Assembly (NCBI GenBank): GCA_963758915.1
Contig: CAVWXH010000003.1
Span: forward strand, 256,001 to 320,000
Source of the DNA: an uncultured Methanomicrobiales archaeon
GTDB lineage: Archaea > Halobacteriota > Methanomicrobia > Methanomicrobiales > Methanospirillaceae
DNA: 64,000 nucleotides
Reading direction: 5' to 3'
Every line of letters starts with the position of its first letter. Position 1 is the stretch's first letter. The notes under the pieces are model-generated. The model did not search any database and had not been told where the DNA came from. It saw only the letters and a list, made by a program, of their open reading frames with translations. Below are positions 1 through 9,103 of the stretch, piece after piece. Made by a program: the position numbers and the translations under genes.

Positions 1-2
1 GG

Positions 3-671
3 GATACTACACGGCAGCGGCTGGATGAAGTAATGGAGGAATTCACCGGGAGAATTTACCAGAGGCCCCCACGGAGAAGTGCCGTTGCAAGGAACCTGAG
101 GATCCGCACCATCCACTCCCTTACTATCCTTGGTATCGAGGAACGGCTCGTCCTGTTCAGGGTCACGTGCGACGCAGGGACCTATATCCGTTCCCTGTGC
201 CACCATATCGGTCTCACCCTTGGCACCGGGGCACATATGCAGGAACTCAGGAGGACGAAGTCCGGTGCATTCGGTGAAAGCGACGCATATACCCTCCACG
301 ACCTTACGGACGCCATATCGTCCTTAAAAAGAGGGGACGATTCGCTTCTCGCGCAGATGATCCAGCCAGTTGAAGCAGGGACAGGTGACCACCCGGGCAT
401 AACGATCAGGGGGTCTGCAGTCGATGCTGTTGTAAGGGGGGCCGCATTGGCCGGAGTGGGGGTGATCCGATCCGACCAGTTTAAGAAAAAGGAATTAATC
501 GCAATCAAAACTGAGGCTGGGGAGTTTGTAGGTATCGGAGAGGCCCTGCTTGATTCAGCCAAAATTATCCCGGGGAAGCCGGGGCTTGTGGTCGCCCCGA
601 GAATCGTATTCATGCTGCCGGGGACCTATGCAAAAGGATGGAAAACGCACAAACCCGCAGTCAGGCCGTAA
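3..671 (+). CDS. cbf5: RNA-guided pseudouridine synthase Cbf5 (TruB family), 5'-truncated by window edge
   Basis: IYQRPPRRSAV, CDAGTYIRSLC, GAHMQELRRTKSG motifs and C-terminal PUA domain; frame is open upstream of the ATG at 33. Confidence 0.95.
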   Translation, partial: DTTRQRLDEVMEEFTGRIYQRPPRRSAVARNLRIRTIHSLTILGIEERLVLFRVTCDAGTYIRSLCHHIGLTLGTGAHMQELRRTKSGAFGESDAYTLHDLTDAISSLKRGDDSLLAQMIQPVEAGTGDHPGITIRGSAVDAVVRGAALAGVGVIRSDQFKKKELIAIKTEAGEFVGIGEALLDSAKIIPGKPGLVVAPRIVFMLPGTYAKGWKTHKPAVRP

Positions 672-828
672 GGTTAACGGGCCCCACCATTCTTGAACAT
701 TGCCGGACTTCCCCGGGTGGGCGCGAACATCAGTTCACCACGAGGAACCGTTGTCATCCCGGCCACTCATAGAAGTCCGGTGAGATAGCATTAAAAAAAT
801 ACCGATGTAATACTAGAGATACACTTTT

Positions 829-915
829 GCTGAGGTTGTCTAGTCCGGTAAGGCGCAGGCCTGGAAAGCCTGTGGGGCGTCCAGCCCCTCGGGAGTTCAA
901 ATCTCCCCCTCAGCG
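829..915 (+). tRNA. tRNA-Ser(GGA)
   Basis: Acceptor GCTGAGG/CCTCAGC + discriminator G; anticodon arm CAGGC-CTGGAAA-GCCTG; long variable arm; T arm GGGAG-TTCAAAT-CTCCC; CCA not encoded. Confidence 0.97.
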
Positions 916-982
916 TTCATTTTTAGGCATTTCACCAGGCAGGGTTACCGGTGCCAGGGGGACTTCCACAATTCTTTGCCTG

Positions 983-1729
983 TCATCCATTCCCCGTATA
1001 CGATTTCCACACTGTTGCGGAGAGTCGTTCATTGGCAAACGACAGATAGTCCTCTACAACTTCAAACCCGATAAAATGCCGCCCCATCTCCTTTGCGGTG
1101 ACGGCAACGGTCCCCGAGCCAAGGAACGGGTCAAGTACGATATCATCGGGGTTACTCGAAAAACGAAGAATTTTCCGGACGATCTCTGATGGCAGTTTTG
1201 TAGGGGTTTTCTTCCTTCCTTTCCAGTATTCACGCTTTATATCCCAGACATCCTCCGGATAGTGCTCCACTTTATTGAACGTGTACCGCTTCGGGTCTTT
1301 CACCACAAACAGGACATGATAATGGCTTGTGACATACTTTTTCTTCGTAAAAACACCGAACTGGTATTTCCAGATAAGGTGGTTCTGGGTAGTAAAACCA
1401 GCTCCGTCAAGACCACCGAGGATATCTTTCAGGTGGTTCCAGCCGGAGAACACGTACATGCTGCCCGACGGGGACAGGACGCGAAAAGCCTCTGTCATCC
1501 ATTCACGGGTAAATGATTCATATTCATCGCCCGCTATCTCCTGGTACCCTTCGAGGACATTGGACCCGGTCCGGTTGTAGTTCAGGCGCTGGGCACGGAA
1601 ATCGATGGCAAAGGGTGGGTCTGTGACGAGGAGGTCGATGGTGGAGTCGGGGAGGTCCCGGATCAGCCGGATTGCGTCCCCCTGATATACCCGGTCCTCC
1701 TGGTACGGTCCGAGATTCCTGTCATTCAC
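983..1729 (-). CDS. Site-specific DNA methyltransferase (N4-C/N6-A, beta class), orphan
   Basis: Motif IV DPPF precedes motif I VLDPFLGSGT; no adjacent endonuclease. Confidence 0.88.
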   Translation of the reverse strand: MNDRNLGPYQEDRVYQGDAIRLIRDLPDSTIDLLVTDPPFAIDFRAQRLNYNRTGSNVLEGYQEIAGDEYESFTREWMTEAFRVLSPSGSMYVFSGWNHLKDILGGLDGAGFTTQNHLIWKYQFGVFTKKKYVTSHYHVLFVVKDPKRYTFNKVEHYPEDVWDIKREYWKGRKKTPTKLPSEIVRKILRFSSNPDDIVLDPFLGSGTVAVTAKEMGRHFIGFEVVEDYLSFANERLSATVWKSYTGNG

Positions 1730-1747
1730 AACGATCCCGGACCCCGC

Positions 1748-2332
1748 TCAACAGGAACTGCCTGCCTTTCTTCCCAGTTCGAATGCCTTCAGGTTGGCCT
1801 CCAGTGTTTTGGGAGGGACGAGGCGGCTGACTGACTGTACAAGTGATTCCTGTTTCAGAGGCAGGAACTGTGACGCAGCCCCCATCATGACAATGTTCTG
1901 GGTCAGCGGGCTGCCAGCCTCCTTTGCCAGACCTTCCGCATCGATTACACAGAGTTCAAAATCCGAAAGGCGTCCCGATATCTCCCGTTCAGTCGGGACC
2001 GGGAGGCCCTGCATGAACACCGAAGTCGGTACAACCAGGCGGCTGTTGGTGATAATTTTACCACCCGGCCGGAGGAAATACGAATAGCGGAGCGCCTCAA
2101 GCAGATCGAACGAGAGAATAAGGTCCGCGGTGCCTGGTGCGATAAGCGGGCCAAAACGCCCGTCTATCCGAATATGACTCTCAACGGAACCACCCCGTTG
2201 TGCCATGCCATGAGTCTCGGCCCCTTTTACCGGCCGGTTTTCGATCATGCAGGCTTCACCAAGGATATTTGAGGCGAGGATCGTCCCCTGTCCACCGATA
2301 CCGACAACAAGGATATCATAGCTCTCCTTCAT
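1748..2332 (-). CDS. iorB: Indolepyruvate:ferredoxin oxidoreductase beta subunit
   Basis: GIGGQG and ETHGMAQRGGSV motifs; ATG at 2332 overlaps iorA stop (ATGA). Confidence 0.93.
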   Translation of the reverse strand: MKESYDILVVGIGGQGTILASNILGEACMIENRPVKGAETHGMAQRGGSVESHIRIDGRFGPLIAPGTADLILSFDLLEALRYSYFLRPGGKIITNSRLVVPTSVFMQGLPVPTEREISGRLSDFELCVIDAEGLAKEAGSPLTQNIVMMGAASQFLPLKQESLVQSVSRLVPPKTLEANLKAFELGRKAGSSC

Positions 2333-4098
2333 TTCCTTCCCCCGGGCATGATGGCCCCTGTCGGACAGATTTGTGCACAAAGTGAGCACCCACTGCATCC
2401 GCTCGTGATTACTGCGTTTTCGCCCGCCATTTCAATCGCCGGACATCCGAACCTGACGCAGGAACCGCAGGCGGTACATTTCTCACTGTCGACCTCATAG
2501 GGCCGTCTCGATATCCCGGCCCGCCTTGCAGAGATCACGCAGGGGTGCCGGGCGATCACGACTTTCACACCAGGCCGTTCTTTTGCTTCTTTTAATGCAT
2601 TTACCATGATGGTCAGGTTGTACGGGTCGACTGTCTCAACAAATGACACGCCACAGGAGCGGCAGATCGATTCAAGTGAAACAGGTGGGACAGGGACTCC
2701 GCAGGCGGTAATCCCTGTCGAGGGGTTCGGCTGGTGTCCGGTCATTGCAGTAATCCGGTTATCAAGGATCACCACCGTTATGGTTGCATTATTGTACACT
2801 GCATTCAAGAGGCCCTGGATCCCGGTATGGAGAAATGTTGAGTCCCCGATCGTACAGACAACATCCCTTTTCTCACCAGAATGGGCTATACCGCTCGCCA
2901 CGGTGATGGATGCACCCATGCATATGGTGGTATCAACACCCCCAAGCTGAAGACCAAGGGTATAGCACCCGATATCACTTGGAAATATACCTTCCCGGAA
3001 GACTTTTTTGATCGCGTAAAATGCAGCCCGGTGCATACACCCGGCACAGAGGATTGGGGGGCGGGGGGGGACATCCAGTGGTGGATCTGCCACCGGAAAG
3101 TCCATATTAGTTGCGAATCCTGCTGATTTCATAATCCTGCCCACCGCGGCAGGGGAAAGTTCACCTTCGTATGGTGCATTTCCGCTTTTCTTCCCGAATA
3201 CCGGGATCGTCCCGGCGACCTGCAGTACCTCTTCCTCAACGAACGGTGACAATTCCTCAACAACCAGTACCCGGTCATGGTGGCTGACAAACTCCTTCAG
3301 CCACGTTTCATCAATGGGGTATGCCCCGATCATTGCAAAGGAGGTCGTGGGGGGAATGATTTCAGAGACATACGACGCAGCGATACCACTTGCAATTACT
3401 GCATCCCGGCCCCGCACTTCGGCCTTGTTATAGCCCAGTTCGACAAGCCGCTTTTTAATATTTGCCTGTTTTTCATTCAGTTTTTTATGCAGGACACGGG
3501 TATGGGCCGGTATTACCACATACTGCCTGGGGTCCCTGTTGAATTGCCCTGTGCGCCCTGACACCTGAATATCCCCGAGAGTGACATCCCCTTTTGAGTG
3601 ACAGATCCTTGTGGTGGGACGGAATACTACGGGAAGGCCGGTCTCCTCTGAGAAGCCGAAGGCATCCCTGACCATATCATGGGCCTCCTGTATACTGCAC
3701 GGGTCAAAGCAGGGGACCTTTGCGAACTTTGCATACATCCGGCTGTCCTGTTCATTCTGGGAACTGTGCGCGAACGGGTCATCCGCACTCATGATCACAA
3801 GCCCGCCTGTCACACCGGTGTAGCTGCTTGTCATTAACGGGTCTGCGGCCACGTTCAGGCCGACATGTTTCATCGTGCACAACGCACGGATACCGCACCA
3901 CGCCGCTCCAAGGGCATTTTCAAGGGCCACTTTTTCGTTCACGGACCACTCGATATAGTAATGGCGTTCCGGCTGCCCCCTCAGGATATCCACGACCTCA
4001 GATGAGGGAGTCCCCGGATATCCGCAGATAAAATCCACGGGGGATTCAAGACAGGCATGAGCTATTGCCTCGTTTCCTAGAAGATAACGTCGTTCCAT
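2329..4098 (-). CDS. iorA: Indolepyruvate:ferredoxin oxidoreductase alpha subunit
   Basis: LLGNEAIA, GYPGTPSSE, MKHVGLNVAAD, TPP motif GDST...N, C-terminal ferredoxin Cys motifs. Confidence 0.96.
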   Translation of the reverse strand: MERRYLLGNEAIAHACLESPVDFICGYPGTPSSEVVDILRGQPERHYYIEWSVNEKVALENALGAAWCGIRALCTMKHVGLNVAADPLMTSSYTGVTGGLVIMSADDPFAHSSQNEQDSRMYAKFAKVPCFDPCSIQEAHDMVRDAFGFSEETGLPVVFRPTTRICHSKGDVTLGDIQVSGRTGQFNRDPRQYVVIPAHTRVLHKKLNEKQANIKKRLVELGYNKAEVRGRDAVIASGIAASYVSEIIPPTTSFAMIGAYPIDETWLKEFVSHHDRVLVVEELSPFVEEEVLQVAGTIPVFGKKSGNAPYEGELSPAAVGRIMKSAGFATNMDFPVADPPLDVPPRPPILCAGCMHRAAFYAIKKVFREGIFPSDIGCYTLGLQLGGVDTTICMGASITVASGIAHSGEKRDVVCTIGDSTFLHTGIQGLLNAVYNNATITVVILDNRITAMTGHQPNPSTGITACGVPVPPVSLESICRSCGVSFVETVDPYNLTIMVNALKEAKERPGVKVVIARHPCVISARRAGISRRPYEVDSEKCTACGSCVRFGCPAIEMAGENAVITSGCSGCSLCAQICPTGAIMPGGRK

Positions 4099-4219
4099 GA
4101 TCCCATTTCCGCTTGTACTTTCAAGAGTACCACAATCATGGGGTTTTAATGTACCGTTTTCACCCGCGATTCACAACTTATAAAAACTCCCGTACACTAA
4201 ATTAATAGTCAACTCTTGT

Positions 4220-4293
4220 GGGCCCGTAGCATAGCCCGGTGGTGCGCCCGGCTGATAACCGGGAGGTCATGTGTTCGAATCACATCGGGCCCA
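4220..4293 (+). tRNA. tRNA-Ile(GAT)
   Basis: Acceptor GGGCCCG/CGGGCCC + A; anticodon arm CCCGG-CTGATAA-CCGGG; T loop TTCGAAT; TATA-like TTATAAAA upstream. Confidence 0.97.
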
Positions 4294-4322
4294 TTCATTA
4301 CAAACCGGATTTTTGATCTTTT

Positions 4323-4778
4323 ATGAAACGTAACCAGCTCGTAATCATCGTAGCAGGACTGATTATATGCGCCCTACTATCAGTAATCAGCATATACCTG
4401 ACCGGCATTGGAGTTATCCTCGTAATTACCCTCGCGATGTCCTTCCAGATCTTCCAGGACTCAGAGCGCCTCACCGATCTGGCAGTGGTCCTGTCTGAAA
4501 ACGCAAAAGTCGTCAGCGTAATAAACAGGGGTAACATGCCGATACGGAATATCGTCGTTTCCCTGGTCCCGTTTGACATGGAATTCAAAGTATCTGAACT
4601 CGCCGTGGACGGGATATTCCCCTATGAACTCCCGCAGATGATACATGAGGCAAGGGCTATTGTTGAATTTGAAGATATTACCGGCAAAAAATACAATAAG
4701 TCGTTTCAGCTCTCTGCACTTCACAGCGATGATGACCTGCTTAAACCAATGTTTCCAACATTTGACTGGAAAAAATAA
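4323..4778 (+). CDS. Hypothetical membrane protein (two N-terminal TM helices)
   Basis: 151 aa ORF, hydrophobic N-terminus then soluble beta-rich domain. Confidence 0.75.
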   Translation: MKRNQLVIIVAGLIICALLSVISIYLTGIGVILVITLAMSFQIFQDSERLTDLAVVLSENAKVVSVINRGNMPIRNIVVSLVPFDMEFKVSELAVDGIFPYELPQMIHEARAIVEFEDITGKKYNKSFQLSALHSDDDLLKPMFPTFDWKK

Positions 4779-4842
4779 TCGTCAGTATAGGTCCAGTAAC
4801 CCCGGAATAATTGCCACTGATAAAAAAAATGGGACCAAATAA

Positions 4843-5373
4843 TTATTCTTCTTTTGCAAAAATAAAGTTAATCGTCTTTTCAAGCGCCTCAAGAAGTGCG
4901 TCCTGGTTTTTCAGATAGTCGTGCAGTGCCCGGTAGAGCATGAACATAATTTCGTACCCGTAGAGGTCAATTACTTCACGGGGCGTAAGCGGGTGAAGGT
5001 AAGAGTCTACCAGGAACCCATCGGAGCTGTACATGATCTCATAAAATTTCCCATCTTCTGAAAGGAGGCAGAACTGGTCATCCACTTTTTTACTGATATC
5101 ATCAAGCCTGAATTTGACCGGGTCGGTTTTACCGAGGACTATCATCTTCTGCGGGTAAAATGAGGTATCATATAATTCACCGCTTCCCTCCTGTTTCCCT
5201 TTCTCCAGCATGTTAAGACCGATGGACCGGATGACAGGCAGCGCCATCCCTCCCATTTTCTCTATCAGGAGAGCGTCATTTTCTTTAATTTCTTTTGCTG
5301 CAGCATCCGTGCTTTTCGTCATCCCGTCGATTTTCTCTGTTAGTTTTGTGAAGCCGGCCTCAATTTCGTCCAT
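4843..5373 (-). CDS. Hypothetical protein (helical/coiled-coil ends)
   Basis: Long ORF; start placed at MDEIEAGF with GAGGA upstream. Confidence 0.7.
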   Translation of the reverse strand: MDEIEAGFTKLTEKIDGMTKSTDAAAKEIKENDALLIEKMGGMALPVIRSIGLNMLEKGKQEGSGELYDTSFYPQKMIVLGKTDPVKFRLDDISKKVDDQFCLLSEDGKFYEIMYSSDGFLVDSYLHPLTPREVIDLYGYEIMFMLYRALHDYLKNQDALLEALEKTINFIFAKEE

Positions 5374-5655
5374 GGTAGTATCCTCATTACTGCTGGTTAA
5401 TCGTTCCAATCTCATTTGGTGAAGACAGATGATGAAAATATAGGTTCCTAAAAAATCCTCCTTTAGTATCGCATTTCCACACATAAACCGTATGATGCGA
5501 TATGATACCGCGGCTCTGTCAGAAGCACCGGCGGAGTGCCCTCTGCAACGCAGTTGCCAGGATAGAAGCAGGGATAAAGGAGATTTGTATGCCCGGGTCC
5601 GCAGGATAAGGAATCTTAAAGGGGGTCCGGAACCTGTTCCTGGCAGTAAAGGGGC

Positions 5656-6939
5656 TCATACCCTCGAGCCGATAAAATAATACATTCTTTCTTCGGTAAG
5701 AATGGCATTGCCGGTCGTGCCCATGGGCAGGTCTTCCTTAAGGACCACCCCCAGGTACGACGGAGTCCGGGCAACCACGGAACCTTCCCTGATTTTCTCA
5801 GTGACAATAAAGGGTACGGTTTTACCAATCCACGAGGCATTTATGGCATGATACACCTCTTCGGAACAGGCGTTCATCATTCTCGACCGCTTTTTCTTGA
5901 TATAATCGGTAAAATCATGTACCCCTGACATATCAGTGCCCTGGCGTTTTGAAAACCGGGTGATATTCACCTTATTCGGCCGGATTGTTCTTATAAGGTC
6001 GAGCGACTGCAAAAAATCCTCCTCCGTTTCCCCGGGAAATCCGACAATTATGTCAGTCATGATAGTGATATCCGGGTACCACTCCCTCATGGTATCAATA
6101 AGTGCACAACAATCCGCAGAGGAGTACCCCCTCCGCATCCTTTTGAGTACCGTATCCGAACCCGACTGGATCGGTATATGAATGAACTGAAATATCTTTT
6201 CACCTTCGAAGACCTGTAAGAGGTCCGGTATTATCCGCTGAAGCGTCACCGGGTTCATCATGCCGATGCGGACCCGGAATTCCCCCTCAAGCCGGGAGAT
6301 AGTCCTGATAAGCCGGGGTAGTGATTCCCCGGTATCGGACCCCCATGCACTGATGTCCTGTGCAGTAAGCTGGATTTCCACCGCACCAAGATCGATGTGC
6401 TGGCTGACCTGGCTGATAATTTCATCACCGGGAAAACTGACCAGTGGGCCCCGGGCATACCTTGTGATGCAATAAGAGCAGTTTCCAAGGCACCCCTGGG
6501 CAACCTGTACAATCCCGGGCGTTGTTTTTTGTATGGCCGGATGTAACCGGTAGGCCTCCTGGATACACCGGGGTGGGATAAAGGCAGGGTTGGAGATAGC
6601 GAGAATTCTGTCCGCTTCCACGGCAGGCATGCAACCCGTAATGTAAAGCCGTGAATCGCTGAATGCCCCTATCGCACGGAGGACCTTTCGCGCGGTGCTC
6701 TCCACCACAGTACAACTATTAATGATAATGGCATCCGCACCACCGGGAGACCCCGATATCACGCACCCCTGGTGCCTGAGGACCTCGATAAGTTTCCTGG
6801 TATCCCCGTGGTTATAAGTACATCCGAATGTCCGGATATATACCCGGGCATTTCTGATCTCCCGGAGCGCCTCGCACCCACTTGCAATAATTTCAGGGAC
6901 GGGGTCTTTCTCATTCAAAGCCAGGTACCTCCCGCTCAC
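5656..6939 (-). CDS. MiaB-like tRNA methylthiotransferase (archaeal MtaB-type), radical SAM
   Basis: UPF0004 domain (TFGCTYN, INSCTV, TGC), CxxxCxxC (CLGNCSYC), IVGFPGETEEDF, TRAM-like tail. Confidence 0.9.
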   Translation of the reverse strand: MSGRYLALNEKDPVPEIIASGCEALREIRNARVYIRTFGCTYNHGDTRKLIEVLRHQGCVISGSPGGADAIIINSCTVVESTARKVLRAIGAFSDSRLYITGCMPAVEADRILAISNPAFIPPRCIQEAYRLHPAIQKTTPGIVQVAQGCLGNCSYCITRYARGPLVSFPGDEIISQVSQHIDLGAVEIQLTAQDISAWGSDTGESLPRLIRTISRLEGEFRVRIGMMNPVTLQRIIPDLLQVFEGEKIFQFIHIPIQSGSDTVLKRMRRGYSSADCCALIDTMREWYPDITIMTDIIVGFPGETEEDFLQSLDLIRTIRPNKVNITRFSKRQGTDMSGVHDFTDYIKKKRSRMMNACSEEVYHAINASWIGKTVPFIVTEKIREGSVVARTPSYLGVVLKEDLPMGTTGNAILTEERMYYFIGSRV

Positions 6940-7153
6940 TCATTTCCTGTACTAGATTCCCTTCCGGGAAGTTATGGGTTCTCACGTTTCTGATGACCTG
7001 AAGAGTCCGGGGGCTTATTCCCCATCTATCGTCAGCAATAATCCTTCAGGCAGGAAATGAGGCCACTTTACCGGTCATTCCCACAAAGGAATAGCATTAT
7101 AAAATAATTTCCCTGATTTCAATCAAAATAATTAACCGATCAAAATCCAGTAT

Positions 7154-7921
7154 GTGTGTACAATGATCAGGATCGGGTTAATCGGCTGTGGAAATATCGG
7201 ACATATCATTGCAAAATACCAGGATAGGTTTGAGATCCTTTCACTATTCGATATTGTCCCCGAAAAATCCCGGGAGCTGGCAGCGATCTGTGGAGGGGCC
7301 GCATACGATGATTTCGGGGCATTTATCTCCAGCGACTTCGATATTGTCGTGGAAGCGGCATCAGTAAAAGCAGTCCGGCTCTTTGGAGAGCAGGTCCTGG
7401 ACCACAACAAAGACCTTGTGATCATGAGCGTGGGAGCACTGTCAGATAAAGCATTTCTCGCATTGCTTACCGAAACAGCGAGGAAAAACCAGAGAAAGAT
7501 CTATATCCCGAGCGGTGCGATAATGGGCCTTGATAACATTAAGGCGGGGCAGATCTCAGGAATTGACCGGTTATTGCTCAGGACTACGAAGAGCCCGGAA
7601 TCACTTGGTTTGGAGGCCAGTGAAAGAAAACTCCTCTTCTCTGGGAAATCTAATGAATGTATCAAGGAATTTCCAAAGAATGTCAACGTCTCAGTCGCCC
7701 TCGGCCTCGCAGCGGGAACCGATGCAGATGTTGAACTCTGGGTAGACCCCGGTGTTGACCGCAATATCCATGAGATTTTTGTTGAGGGAAAATTCGGGGA
7801 TGCCTACATTAAAGTCAGGAATGTACCGAGCCCGGATAATGCGGCAACCAGTTATCTTGCAGCCCTGTCCATCCTGACACTGCTCCGGAACCTTGAAAAC
7901 CCGCTTGTTATCGGGACCTGA
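7154..7921 (+). CDS. nadX: L-aspartate dehydrogenase
   Basis: GxGxxG (GCGNIG), VVEAAS, MSVGAL, PSGAI, FPKNVNV, TSYLAALS. Confidence 0.93.
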   Translation: MCTMIRIGLIGCGNIGHIIAKYQDRFEILSLFDIVPEKSRELAAICGGAAYDDFGAFISSDFDIVVEAASVKAVRLFGEQVLDHNKDLVIMSVGALSDKAFLALLTETARKNQRKIYIPSGAIMGLDNIKAGQISGIDRLLLRTTKSPESLGLEASERKLLFSGKSNECIKEFPKNVNVSVALGLAAGTDADVELWVDPGVDRNIHEIFVEGKFGDAYIKVRNVPSPDNAATSYLAALSILTLLRNLENPLVIGT

Positions 7922-7944
7922 ACCCGGATATAAATGATAATATC

Positions 7945-8805
7945 ATGACCGAAGTACCACTGGAATATCTCCTTTCTTTTGTTGAAGAAGATGCACCGTC
8001 CGGCGATATTACCACTGATGCAATAATCCCGCCTGATACCTGTTGCACGGCCATGATCATCGCAAAGGAAGAGGGGATTATTTGTGGTCTTTTTGAGGCG
8101 GGGCGCCTGTTTACCCATTTTGGTATCGAGGTCACACAAAAGTACCGTGATGGGTGTCCTGTAAAACGGGGCGAGGTCATCCTCTCGCTTAAGGGGAACG
8201 CCCCCCGTATCCTTCTCCTTGAAAGGACAACGTTGAATATCATTGGCAGGATGAGCGGTATTGCTACAAAAACAAAATCCTGCATGGACCAGCTCCGGTC
8301 TGTGGGTAGTACCTGCCGCGTGGCGGCGACCAGGAAAACCTCCCCGGGTATGAGGATCCTTGATAAGAAAGCCGTTATGCTCGGTGGCGGGGACCCCCAC
8401 CGTTATTCCCTTTCAGACGGGGTCCTTATCAAAGACAACCACCTTGCCCTGGTACCGCTCACTGGTGCAATAGCATCTGCGAGAGCACGGTCGTTCTACA
8501 GGAAAATTGAGGTAGAGGTAGAGGACCCGGATTCGGCCGTCGTGGCAGCGGAGGCAGGAGCGGATATTATCATGCTGGATAACATGACGCCGGAAATGGT
8601 TGTGCATACCCTGAAGGAATTGAATTCCAGAAACCTGCGTTCTGGCAGGGTTATCGAGGTATCAGGAACTATTAGTGAGGATTCAATCCGAAATTACGCG
8701 GTCCCGGGTGTTGATGTGATCAGTATAGGCGCCCTCACGCATTCAGTCCGGAATTTTGATGTCAGCCTCGAGATCAGAAGCCCCGGATCCCAGGTAACTG
8801 AATAA
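7945..8805 (+). CDS. nadC: Quinolinate phosphoribosyltransferase
   Basis: ED..GDITT, ATRKT.PG, LIKDNH, EVEVE, IMLDN, GALTHS. Confidence 0.96.
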   Translation: MTEVPLEYLLSFVEEDAPSGDITTDAIIPPDTCCTAMIIAKEEGIICGLFEAGRLFTHFGIEVTQKYRDGCPVKRGEVILSLKGNAPRILLLERTTLNIIGRMSGIATKTKSCMDQLRSVGSTCRVAATRKTSPGMRILDKKAVMLGGGDPHRYSLSDGVLIKDNHLALVPLTGAIASARARSFYRKIEVEVEDPDSAVVAAEAGADIIMLDNMTPEMVVHTLKELNSRNLRSGRVIEVSGTISEDSIRNYAVPGVDVISIGALTHSVRNFDVSLEIRSPGSQVTE

Positions 8806-8847
8806 TTACACAAGGGCACATGGTTTTTTTATGACAATTGGGTTGTT

Positions 8848-8950
8848 AAAACCCTCTCAAATCTATGTTGCAGATTTGGGTAATTCCAAAATTCAGTCAC
8901 GCACCCGGGGCGTCGCCCTGCCGATTTGGTGACCCCGGTTGGTATAGGGA
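8848..8950. repeat. Dispersed intergenic repeat, copy A (~100 bp, hairpin-forming)
   Basis: Aligns by eye, same orientation, with 44032-44132 (shared CCTCTCAA, TTGCAGATT, GGTAATTCCAAAATT, GTCACGC, GACCCCGGTTGG). Confidence 0.85.
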
Positions 8951-9103
8951 ATACTCTCCAAATCCCATAGATTTTCCTGAATGCCCCGGTTGATCCCTGC
9001 CAATCACTATCGTTTCTGAGGTGGGGCATAGAGGGAGTTTCACACGTTTTTCAGGTTTCTGAACGATTTCCGGTAGTCGGGTGTCCGCAGGGATTGGGAT
9101 GTG

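Noticed and set aside
827-1189. 120-aa ORF on + strand
   Set aside because: Overlaps tRNA-Ser and is antisense to the methyltransferase; shadow ORF
829-4293. Possible integrated element bounded by the two tRNAs
   Set aside because: No integrase and no duplicated tRNA 3' end seen; content (iorAB) is housekeeping
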